Notes: generated by a model not told the origin, from the sequence alone. A stretch of DNA of 64,000 bases from Lingula anatina (GCA_051362555.1 CM120643.1:24990848-25054847); one strand, 5' to 3'; positions 1 through 12,500 are shown, counted from the first letter of the stretch. Program-made: numbers and translations.

Positions 1-153
1 GTAAAAAGGGAGAAAAAGCCCCCACACCACAGGAGGGCATACAGAGACTTCGAGAAATTGAAGAAATGTTGACGAAAAAACAGGAATATTTAGAGAAAAA
101 GGTCGATCAGGAATTATCAATCGCTAAGAAAAATGGAACGAAAAACAAAAGGG
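1..153 (+). CDS. CHMP4B: CHMP4/Snf7 (ESCRT-III subunit), first visible coding exon (5' truncated)
   Basis: Frame from nt 3 reads KKGEKAPTPQEGIQRLREIEEMLTKKQEYLEKKVDQELSIAKKNGTKNKR, the Snf7/CHMP4 N-terminus; donor gtatga at 154. Model: 1-153, 743-920, [1571-1685 or 2340-2454], 3356-3485, 4216-4274. Confidence 0.93.
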
Positions 154-742
154 GTATGATCTGTGGTATTTAGGTTTTATGTAATATCATTTACAACCAT
201 TAATGTTTATGGAACTAAGATTTGATGGACGAAAGGTTAACTAGTAGGTAGAAGTAGTTGTTATGTTTTAGGTCGTTGAATTTGGGCGTTTAGGCTGTTG
301 TCGTATTGACATATTTGTATTGTAGGTATCGTTGTTTGAAAATAGTGATGTCGTCACGTCACGGTATGATGCCATTCTGGGCTATATTGATGTTTGTCTT
401 CTTACACCTCTCGTTGCTTGGGTGATACACTTAAATAGATCAGCTGCATACACTGTCAAAGAATCAGAAATACCTCTAGCACAAAAATTCATGTGTTGGC
501 TTTCCTGTTTATAGCCTCAGAATTGTGCTAACACACGAAAGATATAGGTGCACATAGCTGTAAAATGACTTAAATTGTGTTGCGGGAGTTCTCTAATTTT
601 TTGCTGAGTTGCACAGTGTGGAAATGCCAACCAGTCTCGACTTCAACATCAACCTGGTAGCTTTCAAAACTGTTCTTAAGGTATTTTTAGTGTGTCATTA
701 TGATTAGCTTGAAACATATTTTGATCCTTTTCCTCTGAACAG

Positions 743-920
743 TTGCACTTGCTGCCCTAAAGAGAAAGAAGAGGTATGAGAAACAACTGAACCAGATTGA
801 TGGGACACTCTCAACCATAGAATTCCAGCGGGAGGCCTTGGAAAATGCCAGTACTAACACAGAGGTTCTCAAAGTAATGGGGACAGCAGCAAAGGCTCTG
901 AAGGGTGCCCATAATGACCT
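743..920 (+). CDS. CHMP4B: CHMP4 exon 2
   Basis: cag acceptor ending at 742; ALAALKRKKRYEKQLNQIDGTLSTIEFQREALENASTNTEVLKVMGTAAKALKGAHND; donor gtaagt at 921; phases match neighbours. Confidence 0.95.
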
Positions 921-1570
921 GTAAGTTACTCTTCTGTTACCAAGCAGCTATTAAGTGTACTTGTACAGATATAGTTTTAAGTACTGTATACATCTCCCTG
1001 TTTTTATGGAAATGATCCTGGTTGTTCTTTTATGGTAAATTATGCAAATATGAGATTATAGGCATGTACACAGCATATGATAAATACGAACAAAATTGAA
1101 CAATATCATTTTGTTACAAGCAGTATAAATTTTATTGTAAAATTTTATACATATTCTGGAAAGCATCTGCATACACACACTCTCACACGCAGACATATGT
1201 ACACATCAAGCTTTCTTATTAGTTGTAACCCAGTCTGAGTCAGTGGCAAAAAAAAAAGAAATTTTAATCTTGGTGACCTTTTAAGGTCTAGGAATATGCT
1301 GGCAAAATTTTAAGAAAAGTGACCAAGTAACTGATCAAATATACACAATGTTAATAGTGTCACTCTTGTAGGACCAACATTTGGTATGGAGCCAATATTG
1401 ATGTGACGGACCAAGTTAACTTTCTGATATTTTTATTATCTATCAAAAGACGTTTCTGCGGTTAGCCAACAAAGACAGGGGAAAAAGTACTGTTTATTTT
1501 TAAATAAAAAATTGCCATGATATAAAACTATGTAGAATATTGTTGGTATTATAATGTGTATGGTGTACAG

Positions 1571-1685
1571 GGATGTTGATAAAGTTCACGATCTGATGGA
1601 CGACATTGGTGAGCAGATGGATTTGGCTAATGAAGTAAATGATGCTATAGCATCGCCCATTGGGTTTGGGCAAGACATTGATCAA
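1571..1685 (+). CDS. CHMP4B: CHMP4 exon 3a (mutually exclusive alternative)
   Basis: 115 nt, cag/gtaagt; DVDKVHDLMDDIGEQMDLANEVNDAIASPIGFGQDIDQ; same length and phases as exon 3b. Confidence 0.85.
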
Positions 1686-1704
1686 GTAAGTGAGCTGGTA
1701 ACTC

Positions 1705-2265
1705 GGGTCTACAATATAGACCCATCTGGGTGCACTTTAACATATACTAGTAGTACTACTTAGCCAGTTAGTAGAATATTGTATTTTGGTTTAAGAGAAA
1801 ATGAATAACTGGACCTCGTTAACTGTTTTCTATATTTATGTAAATATTTTTCGACCAAAAAAAATGTTGAATGGCTCATTGGAAGTTGCGTTAAAGTGTG
1901 CCCAGGTTCTATGAAGGCACTATATGATATAGCTTGCAAGTACACCTCTCCTCCATTATTGCACCCCACTTTGTTTTACTTTTCTATTTGTAGAGAGATC
2001 ATGTCAAAAAATACTGTATCTTGATGGATTGGGTGGAGTTTCATCCATTAAAACATTTTTGACATGGACTTTCTATTTAAGTCTGAGAAAACATACATGA
2101 CCTCCTTAGCCTCATGTCTGTGACATAGTCTTCAGCTGATGTTAAATTCTAAATTAATATGCACTGTCAATTCCAAAAGCCTAAATTGGGCAATCTTTCA
2201 TTTATAAGAAAATTTAAAAGGGGAATAAAAAAACATCTTCAGCTATTATCTGCATGTTTTCTCAG
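1705..2265 (+). promoter_or_regulatory. Predicted intronic RNA secondary-structure module between CHMP4 exons 3a and 3b
   Basis: Complementary arms read directly: 1705-1711/1717-1723; 1724-1741/1890-1907; 1991-2010/2056-2075; 2021-2029/2043-2051; 2083-2094/2254-2265; 2134-2143/2232-2244. Function is inferred. Confidence 0.6.
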
Positions 2266-2339
2266 CCTCTGCAGTCCTCTACCCTGGCACGCTGATTTGA
2301 TCAAGTGATTGTGTTTTGATTAGTTGCTTTGCTCCCCAG

Positions 2340-2454
2340 GGACGTTGACAAGGTCCATGATTTGATGGATGAAGTCGCAGAGCAGCAAGACATAGCCAAT
2401 GAAATTTCAGAAGCCATCTCAAATCCTGTTGGCTTTGGTACAGATGTTGATGAG
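2340..2454 (+). CDS. CHMP4B: CHMP4 exon 3b (mutually exclusive alternative)
   Basis: 115 nt, cag/gtagga; DVDKVHDLMDEVAEQQDIANEISEAISNPVGFGTDVDE, the closer of the two to canonical CHMP4B. Confidence 0.9.
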
Positions 2455-3355
2455 GTAGGAGCAGAACTGAATGCATTGGCTTATTGGCTTTGTCTAAACG
2501 ATACAAACGAAAATTTTGATCGTTTCTTGATATATTGGCAATTGAATTATATAAATGGGGTATTACATACTTTTAGATATAGAGCAGTGATCACAGTATG
2601 ATTTGCATTGCACCTTCCCTTACTGTAAATTTTAAGAATTTATATTAGCGAGACAAAAAAATAATCACAATTGTTTGGATTTATATGACAGACAAAGGTT
2701 TTTGAAAAATCATCCAAAGAGTTAGTATTGAATGACTGCAGTTTCTTCAATATACATAATGGCTTGATGCAGGTCAATATCTGTAGAATGGGCCAGTGAT
2801 ATAATATTTCCAAATTTAGCATTATGTGATCCTGTATTGATTTTACATCTGTCCAGACAACAACCCCCTTCATGTAGGCACAGATTGATCCCGCAGCTGC
2901 CAACTGGTGATAATTTGATTGGACGTAATTTGTTTCCTTGCTTGTCTCCTTCTGCAATCGTACTGAATAACCCAATAAACACCAATATTGTGTTATTTAT
3001 TATCATGCTCTCAGTGGCCTTTATAACCCCAATATTTGACTTTTTAAAGTAAAAATGTGCTTAATGACCTGCTTTCTTAAAAATAGCACTGGACAAAGCA
3101 ATTAAAAAAATACTTTTATTTAATGAATTGATGATGGCATTCTTATGAATACACCATCATTTTCTTACAAGAATGTTTTTCAGCCATTTCAAGTTAATTA
3201 ATGAGGAAATGAAATTTTTTTACTGTTTTGTTTAATAATAACATTGCTTGAAAGGCAAGAAATACATAAAGCCCTGTTAAGACCCAGTTTGAGTTTCTTT
3301 TATTATCATCAATCCTTTTTTTCACATGCCTTAACTTGTGTACTCTTAATATCAG

Positions 3356-3485
3356 GATGAGCTAATGGCAGAACTGGAAGAGCTGGAGCAGGAGGATTTG
3401 GATGCTCAGTTATTAGAAGTTGGTGGTCCAGTCACAGATCAGTTACCTTCAGTTCCTGTATCAGAGCCTGTGGCCAAGACCAAAG
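3356..3485 (+). CDS. CHMP4B: CHMP4 exon 4
   Basis: cag/gtaagg; DELMAELEELEQEDLDAQLLEVGGPVTDQLPSVPVSEPVAKTK, including the acidic helix and an LPSVP MIM2-like motif. Confidence 0.93.
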
Positions 3486-3591
3486 GTAAGGTGTAGTCCA
3501 TGGCCACATCAAATTTTTTTTATTTTTTTATTTTTTTTATTTATTTATTTATTTATTTATTTATTTTTTTTTTTTTTTTTGGGGGGGGGGG

Positions 3592-3663
3592 TCAGTTACC
3601 TTTAGTTCCCATAACAGCACCTGTGGCCAAGAGCAAAGGTAAGGTGTAGTCCATTGGCACATC
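3592..3663 (+). repeat. Diverged duplicate of the 3' half of CHMP4 exon 4 plus its splice donor
   Basis: tcagttacctttagttcccataacagcacctgtggccaagagcaaag|gtaaggtgtagtcca matches 3439-3510. Confidence 0.85.
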
Positions 3664-4215
3664 CAGGATTTTGCTGGGGGGGGAGGGGGGGGATGCAGAA
3701 TTTTCTTGCTTGCATAAAACATTTAGATGCAGTTACATGTAGGGCACTGGGTAGGGAAAATTATTTGGGTCTTATCTTTAGGGCCCAAGCAGTCATTTGG
3801 ATGGCTACTAACATCAAAAGTTGACATCTGTTGTCAAAGACTGTTGGACGGCTTATGAATTTGGGGGAGTGACAGTATTTTTGTAGTTGGACTCCCCGTA
3901 AATCAGTGACCAAATTACAGATCAACATTTTTGGACTCCCCATACCCTGCTTGTATATCTCATGAAAACTTGAATATTCACCACATAGAGAGGATTTTAA
4001 TATTTGCCTTAAAACAATGACAGTGCTGTAGTGAAGCATTCTTTTGACTTACAATCTTTCTTTGAGTTGAATGTTTTAGCAAGTATGTTCAAAGCAAATG
4101 TAAAGATAGATAAAGTCCAGTATTTGGAGCAAACAGTCTATACTGTATTGTGCATTTGTGATTAAGATGTGATACAGCACTGCTATGATCAAATTTTCTC
4201 CTCTCTTCTCTTCAG

Positions 4216-4274
4216 GCAAAGCCCAGGCAGATGCAGATGATGATCTAGCAGAGCTAGAAATGTGGGCATCGTAA
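4216..4274 (+). CDS. CHMP4B: CHMP4 last coding exon
   Basis: Strong pyrimidine tract + cag; KAQADADDDLAELEMWAS*, with the C-terminal LxxLxxW ALIX-binding helix typical of CHMP4; TAA at 4272-4274. Confidence 0.93.
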
Positions 4275-5301
4275 GACTTCACTGGCGCCCTCTTTTATTC
4301 AGGACTTAACATACAAATTCTTGTCTTTAAAAGGAAAGGACCTTCTCCACATTTTTATTTATTTATTTATTTATTTTGATGGCTATAAGATGACCTAAAG
4401 CTGTGTGCTTATAGGTTTTTAAAAAAACAGAAATATTCAAGTCCACATTTGAAGAAACCAGTAAGTGATTGCCTTCTCCTGCTCCACATTTTCTCTATAA
4501 TTCTTTAAACATGCTCTTATTATAATGTGATGTGAGATATTGTATGGATTACATGAGGGGATTGCAACTAAGTGTCTGCTTCCTAAACATCTTTCCCTGT
4601 TAATACTAATGAAAACTCTGCAAAGTATTGCAACGGTTTAATGTTGTCACATTGTATTGGGAAGACTGTTCGAATGAATGTGATTTTCTGTTCAGAATTC
4701 ATAACCCATAGAAAAAATTTGAAGAATAGTCTTATTTTATCATAAAAGAAAAAAAAACAAAGCATTTGAGGTAACCTAAGTGCAGAGGAAAATTGTTATT
4801 TATTCCATCATTATGTTAGACTCAGTTTCATGGTGTTACAGTTTGAAAGAAAATTAAAATTTAATTTATAACGATTCTGATGATTATAATACTAGGTGGT
4901 AAGAAGTGATGAGAAATGATTCTATATAAAATACTTATTGAATTTTTGTCAGATTCCACCAAAGATATGTACATGGTTTTATAATATTTTAACCTTAGTG
5001 CAGTTAGGTATGGGAAATTGATTGGTATTCTGAATTGATAATGCAAGGATTTAGCATACTTTTAGTGAAAAGATGTCATTCATGACTACCAAGTAAAGTC
5101 TACAAATGTACAAAGTGACAGTAAAAAAAAGTGAGAGCATAAACAGGAAAATTCATATTCTGTTTAGTATGTTTCAAGGATTGCAGGGTTCAGAAAGTAA
5201 TAATCAAAACACGCATTTGCAAAGCTTCATGATCACACGTTCGTTGCGATACAACTACGTCGCTTTAAATTTCCTCGTTCACCATAGGTGTCGCCTATAT
5301 A

Positions 5302-5506
5302 TTATTACCTTTGTCAATGAAAGAGATAGCGTTAGTTTGTAAATTAGATAAACCAAAAAGCTTTTGGCGAACATTTATGACAATTTATGGATGGAGATTT
5401 GTTTGGAAGGGTAGGAAGTAATTGCAATTTCAATCATAATATTTCATTTTAGTATTTTTTACGTTTTCCTTGGCGGAGGTCTGCGCTCTCTAAGTGCTCT
5501 CAAGTT
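5302..5506 (+). mobile_element. Degenerate HINE/Helentron-like non-autonomous element downstream of the CHMP4 stop (probably in the 3' UTR)
   Basis: Subterminal inverted repeats acctttgtcaa (5307-5317)/ttggcggaggt (5470-5480), 3' hairpin gcgct-ctcta-agtgc and T-rich ends; layout matches HINE-type elements. Confidence 0.45.
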
Positions 5507-6100
5507 ATTTTGGATCATAGATTGCATTAAAAAATACTGTGATGGTAACTTCGATAACAAGACGAATACATTGTAAAACATGCAGAAGTTCTGAAGGTTA
5601 GAATATAATATGGTTTACGTATTGAGGAATTTTTGAGAGTAGAAAATTTATGCGAACCCATTTGATGAAGAGTTCTTTCCCGACATCTATCTTAGCTAAG
5701 AAATAATTAGATTGCCTACATTTAAGCAAGTGTTATCTAAATGAATGGTTATTTATATGTACAAAATACCTGAATTGTTTTCAGCAGAAGCTATTTTTTG
5801 TTCATTGTGTTTATATGGAATGTCATAGTTATTATCAGAAACCGTGATATACTCTAGTTTTATAAATATAAACCATTTAACAAAATGATTTCCTTTGTAA
5901 ATACAGTTCTTTACAATGCCAAAAATAAATATACTAAATTGATTTCCCACCCAGGTGTTGTTTATCTATATTTGTTAATGGACCAACTGTAAAATGCATG
6001 TGGTTTTATAAAATTCTTCAAATTTACTGAGGATTTCTTGTTTTGGTTTTAAAACCACAAAAGTCATATGAATACATGTTGTACCAAAAATGTTTTTCAC

Positions 6101-6106
6101 AATAAA
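6101..6106 (+). terminator. Candidate CHMP4 polyadenylation signal
   Basis: AATAAA near the end of the CpG-poor zone, ~1.8 kb after the stop; not verifiable without transcripts. Confidence 0.35.
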
Positions 6107-6542
6107 AACGATTATGACATTTAATAAGATTGTATCAGCATTTGAAATTTTGAATTGAAATTTTAAAATCTATAAGCGTGACCGTTTTCAATTTTGCCTC
6201 GATACGAGAATTAATATTTAAAAAAATTGACCGACATATTATAGCTGTGAGAGAAAAGATGTACTAAAATGGCACTGCCTAGTTGTGCTAGTTGAGAAAT
6301 AGTGTTGCACCTAAAGCAATTGGCCTGTTAAGTTTTCGCTTTATCCGCCAACGCACTTTGAACGAAAATGAACGTCCCTAAAATCAATTCGTTTAAACTT
6401 TTGTTAATTTTGTGATAGCCTGATTTGCATCAAGCATATGGTTATCAAGCAAAAGTATGAATGGTACCCAGAAGTTTTTTTCACAGTTTTGAAATCTGAC
6501 CTGTGTGAACATCATTTGTCGATCAAATAGGGACCTTCAGTA

Positions 6543-6582
<40 letters not shown>
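6543..6582. repeat. (ATT)n microsatellite
   Basis: About 13 consecutive ATT units. Confidence 0.9.
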
Positions 6583-6585
<3 letters not shown>

Positions 6586-9500
6586 CCTTTTTTTTCTATT
6601 AGCGAGGTACTGAAAATCAATCTTTATGTGTGCTACCCCTGCTTGAAAAGATTTTTTAAACCTTGCCTGCCGTTTCTGCTGCTTTTTTAAAAAATTTTCC
6701 TGCGGTTACGCTGTTCAGTTTAAACATATACTTATTATTCTATCGAACAGGATGATCTCTCAAAACGTTTTTGTAATTAGATTATTTCTAAGAAGTACAT
6801 TACTTTGACGAGCATTCAAAGTGTAGGCCTCCACCCGGGTTTATATGGAGTCCTTCACAGTAAGTTGGTATGTAACCCAGGCGTCTATCGCTACAAGGAG
6901 ATTCGAGTTACTCCCATACATAAATACATCATAGTGACCTTTCGAGGTAAAAAAAATCTTCTATTGGTCTGTGATAGGCCTATATTCATCGTAGAGTGAT
7001 CATATACTTATCAGTTCCCTCTAGATTAAGATCCTTACTCTGTGGTGTTTGGTATCTCTGTAATACTGTCATAATGTTGATATAGAAAACATCGGGTAGG
7101 ATTCGCCGTGTATATTTTCAACCGCGTAAACAGTTCGAATATGGGATTAAATAATAAAATAACGCAATGTATTTTATCATCGGATACAGAGCTGATTGCT
7201 AGATATCCTAGACATACTTTCTCCTCTACGCAGCTCACCTACCATCTGCTGGCATATTCCCTCTACTGCTGATATTTTTATTCCCACCTCCTCTCCAAAT
7301 TCTCTCTCTCTCTCCACTTCAACCCACAAATCCGGGCAGAAGATCATTAGTTGTCAGAAGTGATCAACTAATCTCGTTATTGCTATTTTTCTTTATTTCT
7401 TTAAAGTTTCGAAGCAAACACCTACCCCTTTCAACTGTCAGGCGAGAAGAATTTTCAATTAGCTGACTGTGGAATGAGAACTACTGCTCCCTAAACGATT
7501 TGATGTTTATGCAATTTGTTCCAGCATTCGAGGATTCCAGTTCTCCCACCTCATACACCTGTTCTGTCGATGAAAAAAATGTAATGCTAATCGTCTGTTC
7601 ACAAATAACGACGAGAGAAACTCAGTTACTCGTGTTTTTTTTCTTTTTTTTCCTCGCGTGAACTTTATTTTGTGATTTGTTTTTCTCGTCTGAAAAACCA
7701 TGCGCATAGACTGTACGACCATGCATGCGCTTCAAAAAATGTATGCTGATTAAGGCGGTATTTTGACCTTATATTTTCACGAATAAGCATAATTTCTGTT
7801 CTTACTGTTCCGTTTAGTTCCTTCCTATTCCATTTGTGTATATTGAGTATACTACAAGTAATGTATTGGCCTTGTTGCTAAAACTAATAATTCCAGCAAA
7901 TGGCAGCAATGCATCCATTATATCTTCATAATCAATTTAGTCCTGCATCATTTTTTCCATATTTTTTTCGCGTCCTTACTACTATGCTGAAATCTAGCGT
8001 CCTCCCCGTCCTTTCTTTTAGCTTGTGGTTAATTTGGCCTATGGTCTTCATGTGAAACATCAGTTGGGTGTAACAACAAGTTTGTTTTCCTTTCATTTTG
8101 GAGTTGTTTGCGGCATTTTCGAGTCGAGGCCTCGCCTGTTTCTTCAACGGTGAAAAAATGCGACATTGAGGGTTCTTTTTCGATTGCTTTATTGTTTTGT
8201 GTTTTATATGTTATCTAACTTTATTTTATCTGTTTTGAAGCAGGAAAGTGATCACGTTTCGTAAAGTCGACTTTGAAAAAAGGCAGATCCTGCAGTGATC
8301 TGATCTGGGCAAAAGAAGTTTTAACTTGACTTTTGTCTATTGGTTATTCTGGTTTTCATTGTAAAACAGGTCTGTATCATACGTCAAATCTGTACATATG
8401 TCTTTTGACGACAAGTAATGATTCAAAGCGTGATTTAGGTCGATAATGAAGATGATGCCTCTATCTCGCCCCCCCTCCCCCCTTTAAGAAACACTTGGTT
8501 ACCAAGCTCTTGCTATTGAAATCCTTATTAGAGACTCGGTAATTTTCCGCGTTCCTCGCCTTCATACCTAAAAGATCGTTTGCACCTTACAAGAGCGTGA
8601 AAATGCCACAGGTTCTTGACAGACGAGCAGACAGGCTTGTTAACGGAATAAGCTCTTGAAAAATTCACCTGTATCTTGTGCTTTGCCCGAGTTTCCATGT
8701 TAGTCGAAAATATTGGATAAATTGTAAATCGAATCATAAAAATACGTCGCCTTTTTCAATCGCACAAAGTGTTCAAGTCCTTATTTGCCCCTGAAAAATT
8801 GGAGGTGGCTATTGATATCTACCTTATAAGAAGTCCTTGATAAAAAGAAGCACTTTGTATTTTTTTTATTTTATTTATTTATTATTATTATTATTTTTTT
8901 TTTCTTTCTTTCTTTATTTATTTATTTATTTTTTTTTGTACCCTTCTGACTTGGAATGGAAAAGGGGGAAATCATACAGGTTACCGATTTAACATTTTTT
9001 GTTATGTTTTTGTTTTTTGTTTAGAGTTAGACGAGATGTATTAATAAAGTGTTCAGTGCAGCTTGATCTACACATAGATACAGAAATTGCAAAGAATTAA
9101 AATGTCGTGTTATAATAAAGTTTTCAGTATAATTGTACTGACAGAAAGTAATATTTCCCACACCAAACAGACATACAGTGCAAATTTTCGTTGGGTCTAT
9201 AGAAAAACGTTTCATTTATTGGTTATTGTCTCACCTAGCACAATTATCGGCAAACCTTGCCGCTTGGGATAAATTCAGACGCTGTGTTTTTTCTATACAA
9301 TGCTCTCAAAAAGAAATAAGTAATAATCAAAGTGTTTTCTTCGAAGAGCGTTCATCACAGCGTTGTAGATGTTAATCAAGTTAGATTTTGGGTTAGTGTT
9401 AGGGTTAAAGAGCCATCTCTAATCCAACAGAATAGTCTGCTCACTGGGGATGTCTTGAAGAACAAACAACTGAAATCAAAAGAAACGTAAAAAAAGACAT

Positions 9501-12500
9501 TAAAACAGTCAGTCTCAATTTTCCCTGCTAGCTAGCCAGGGTGGGATTGAAGACCTCCCGAGCATGCTGAGAACTGATCGAGACAGGTGCGCCGAGATAC
9601 GTAATCCCGAAAACGTATGCTACTGAACGTTCTTCAACAGTCAGAAACGATCTCTTTTTTCGTGCTCTAATTTTTTTTAGAGACGCAACTCAAGAATTGC
9701 CCTGCTGCTTTTCTCTTAATTGTATTTCAGTCAACAAAAAAGATTTCTGTTTTAAGTCTGGATTCACCTAACAGATGGAGGGGTTCTTGTAAAGCAATAA
9801 AAGGCGCGGTAATAATTTGTTTCGCTCCCGGAAGTGATGAGATTTTTTAATCAACCTTTTTCAGACATTAGATTTGGCGTGGCATTTGGTTTCAGATGCT
9901 GTAAGGCGCATAAAAAGAGTCCATTAAACATGAACTGTGATAGGCCTGCATGTCAACCCAAGAACTTTTTTACTTTTTAAAATACTATTACGTTCTACAT
10001 GCTTGTAGTTTCTGGAAAATCCACGCGTAATAAAGAGAGAGAGAGAGAAAGGAGAGAAAGGTTCAATATTTTTCATTTTTATCCCTTCAACTTATTTTGT
10101 TTCTTTTTACTTTATTTTATTTATCGTCATCATCATCATTATCTTCTTTTTTGTTGTCACTATTATTATTGATATGATTGCTGTTGTTGTTTTGCCAAAA
10201 TGTACATAAATCGAGTGCGACTTTTGTAAAATCACTTCTGCTTTCAGCCTACAAGTAATAAGTGTTTTCACACTCATCTGCAGGTCTAGTGCCCAACCCT
10301 CCTATACCATGCCAATTATGCACAACAGAAATTTTAATTATCCTGTAAAAGAAATATATAAATCAATCGAAAACCAACAGCATCATTGTTATGGACGGTC
10401 GCTGTCGAGTGAAACCGGACTATCAAACCGAAAACAAGCTCTTGAAACACACAAGCTCACCCCACAGTGGGCAACGTATGTCAAACGTATGGTAACACGT
10501 ACTTTCTGTCTAACTGACTACCTTCTTAAACCACAGTGAAGCGTGACCTGGGATGTAGCTGAGGTGATCCTTGACACTTGCCTCAATTATAGCACTTTTT
10601 GGTGTCACGGTGGACAATTTAGTTGTCCGCCGAGCGTTCGTAAATATGGCGTCTTGTCACCAACTCGTCATTATAGTGTCACGCGGAGACAATACACTGG
10701 GCCTTAAGTGACGTGTAATTTAATGACAACTTGTGCCCCGTCAACAGGAAACTTTGAGGCGTTTTTGGTGAATTAAACGAGCGGCGAAACAGGTACTTAG
10801 ACCCGGTTTCACACAACAGGTGTATTATCTGCGGTTTCACTCCTCGGGGCCAGCCCTTATTTAAATATGGAGAAGCGTAAAAAAGGGACGGATATTCATT
10901 GTGAAAAGGCAGAGAGGTGTCAAGACCGCTGAAAATTTTATTTCACTGGAGGGAGAAACTATTTTTTTTTCTTTTTCTGATTAGCTGATTTAGTTGTAAA
11001 TAGAGAGTGACATTATTCACGTAGCCTCCATGGTGGAATGCTCAGCTTAGTTTATTCATTTCGAAAAAAATGTCTGTATCTGTCCCCAGTAAATAGTGTT
11101 AAACTTCCATGATGTGCTTAGTTTATATCTTTAGAATGAAAATATATGTTGGAAGAAGAATATAATAAAATGGCTATATTAAGGGCTAGTATAGACCCGG
11201 AACTGACTGCATACTAAAATTCTTAATCAGGACTGTATAAAAGTTGTTTTATCGTAAGAATCTTTTAAAAATGTAATTCTTTACAGTGCTGGAGTCCACT
11301 TGTTCCCCTGGTATCAGAGCGCGAACTGTAAAGCAAATTGAACACCTTTGACTTAGCCACGCGATTGAAATAAGAAAAACGGTTCATTTAACATCGGCGC
11401 CTTCAACCATGTCCACGCGTTGGTATTTCTCATTCCCAATAGGTATGTTACATCATCAACGCGACATTTTTTTCTATTTTTGGCGGACCGAGCTTACAGG
11501 TGTTTTTATTCACGTAACAGTTCACGAAATGTGGTTGATGTTAACGCTGAGTGATTAACTCGCTAACCTAAAGAAACACAATGCCGCCGCACCTGTTACC
11601 GCGCGTAATATTGAATTTAAACGTTTGGAGAAGTTAGAGTATTGTGTCATTTTGTATCAGAAATTATACACACGGGCACTCGTTAGCCTCGCTTGGTCCG
11701 GACCTGTGTGGGTTTGGCAACGTTAGTTTATATTGTGTAAGGTCATACAAAAATGCGTGACTGATACAGTGGAAGTTGGGCAGTGATATCCCGAGCAGGT
11801 TGTTCCTCGGCACAAAGGGGCCGTGCCTGGCTATTGTTTTTGGTCAAGGAGAACCCGCAGGGCACACTGTCGAGAAGAATAAACCTTTTTCCTATTTTCA
11901 CTGTCCTGATAATCCTTTCGTGTTTATTTAATGTGGATTAAAAGTAATATGTTCAATCAGCGTCAGAATTAAGTGTTTAGAGCTCTGCGTTCTCTCGGAC
12001 CCCTCGGCTGTCCATGCCCCATTCAAAACGCTGCACCTGACGGAACGGGTTAATATCAATTTATTCAGACCCCCTCACCCGCCTTTCACGTCCCTAACGT
12101 TTCATTGCCCGCCCGAGAGACAGGTCTCAATAACAAGGCATTCATCGCTCCAAGCTTTGTTATATCGCAATATTTAGATTTAATTAATGTTCATAAACGC
12201 TGTGTTGACGATAATGCGATCCGTAGAACCGATCCTTTTCTACTCGGCATGCACCTGATTTTTGGTGTTTGTTTGCGGGTTCGCGGACAACAACGAGGGC
12301 TCACCACCTCCCCCACCCGTGTCTTTATGCCGATATTCCTCTCCTCCACGCCTACCTGCAAAGCTAAAGTTACAGTTTTTTGTAACTAGCCGTGGTAGGT
12401 CCCTTTGAATATGTACACCTTCATTACTTTATTGGGAAAATAGTGATGACAAATTGCGATTCAATAACGTGAAAGTAGGTGGAATTATTTTTCCTTAGTC

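Noticed and set aside
1571-1685. Exon 3a as a dead pseudo-exon or remnant of a second CHMP4 gene
   Set aside because: Splice sites, length and frame are intact with conservative substitutions, and no other full exon is duplicated.
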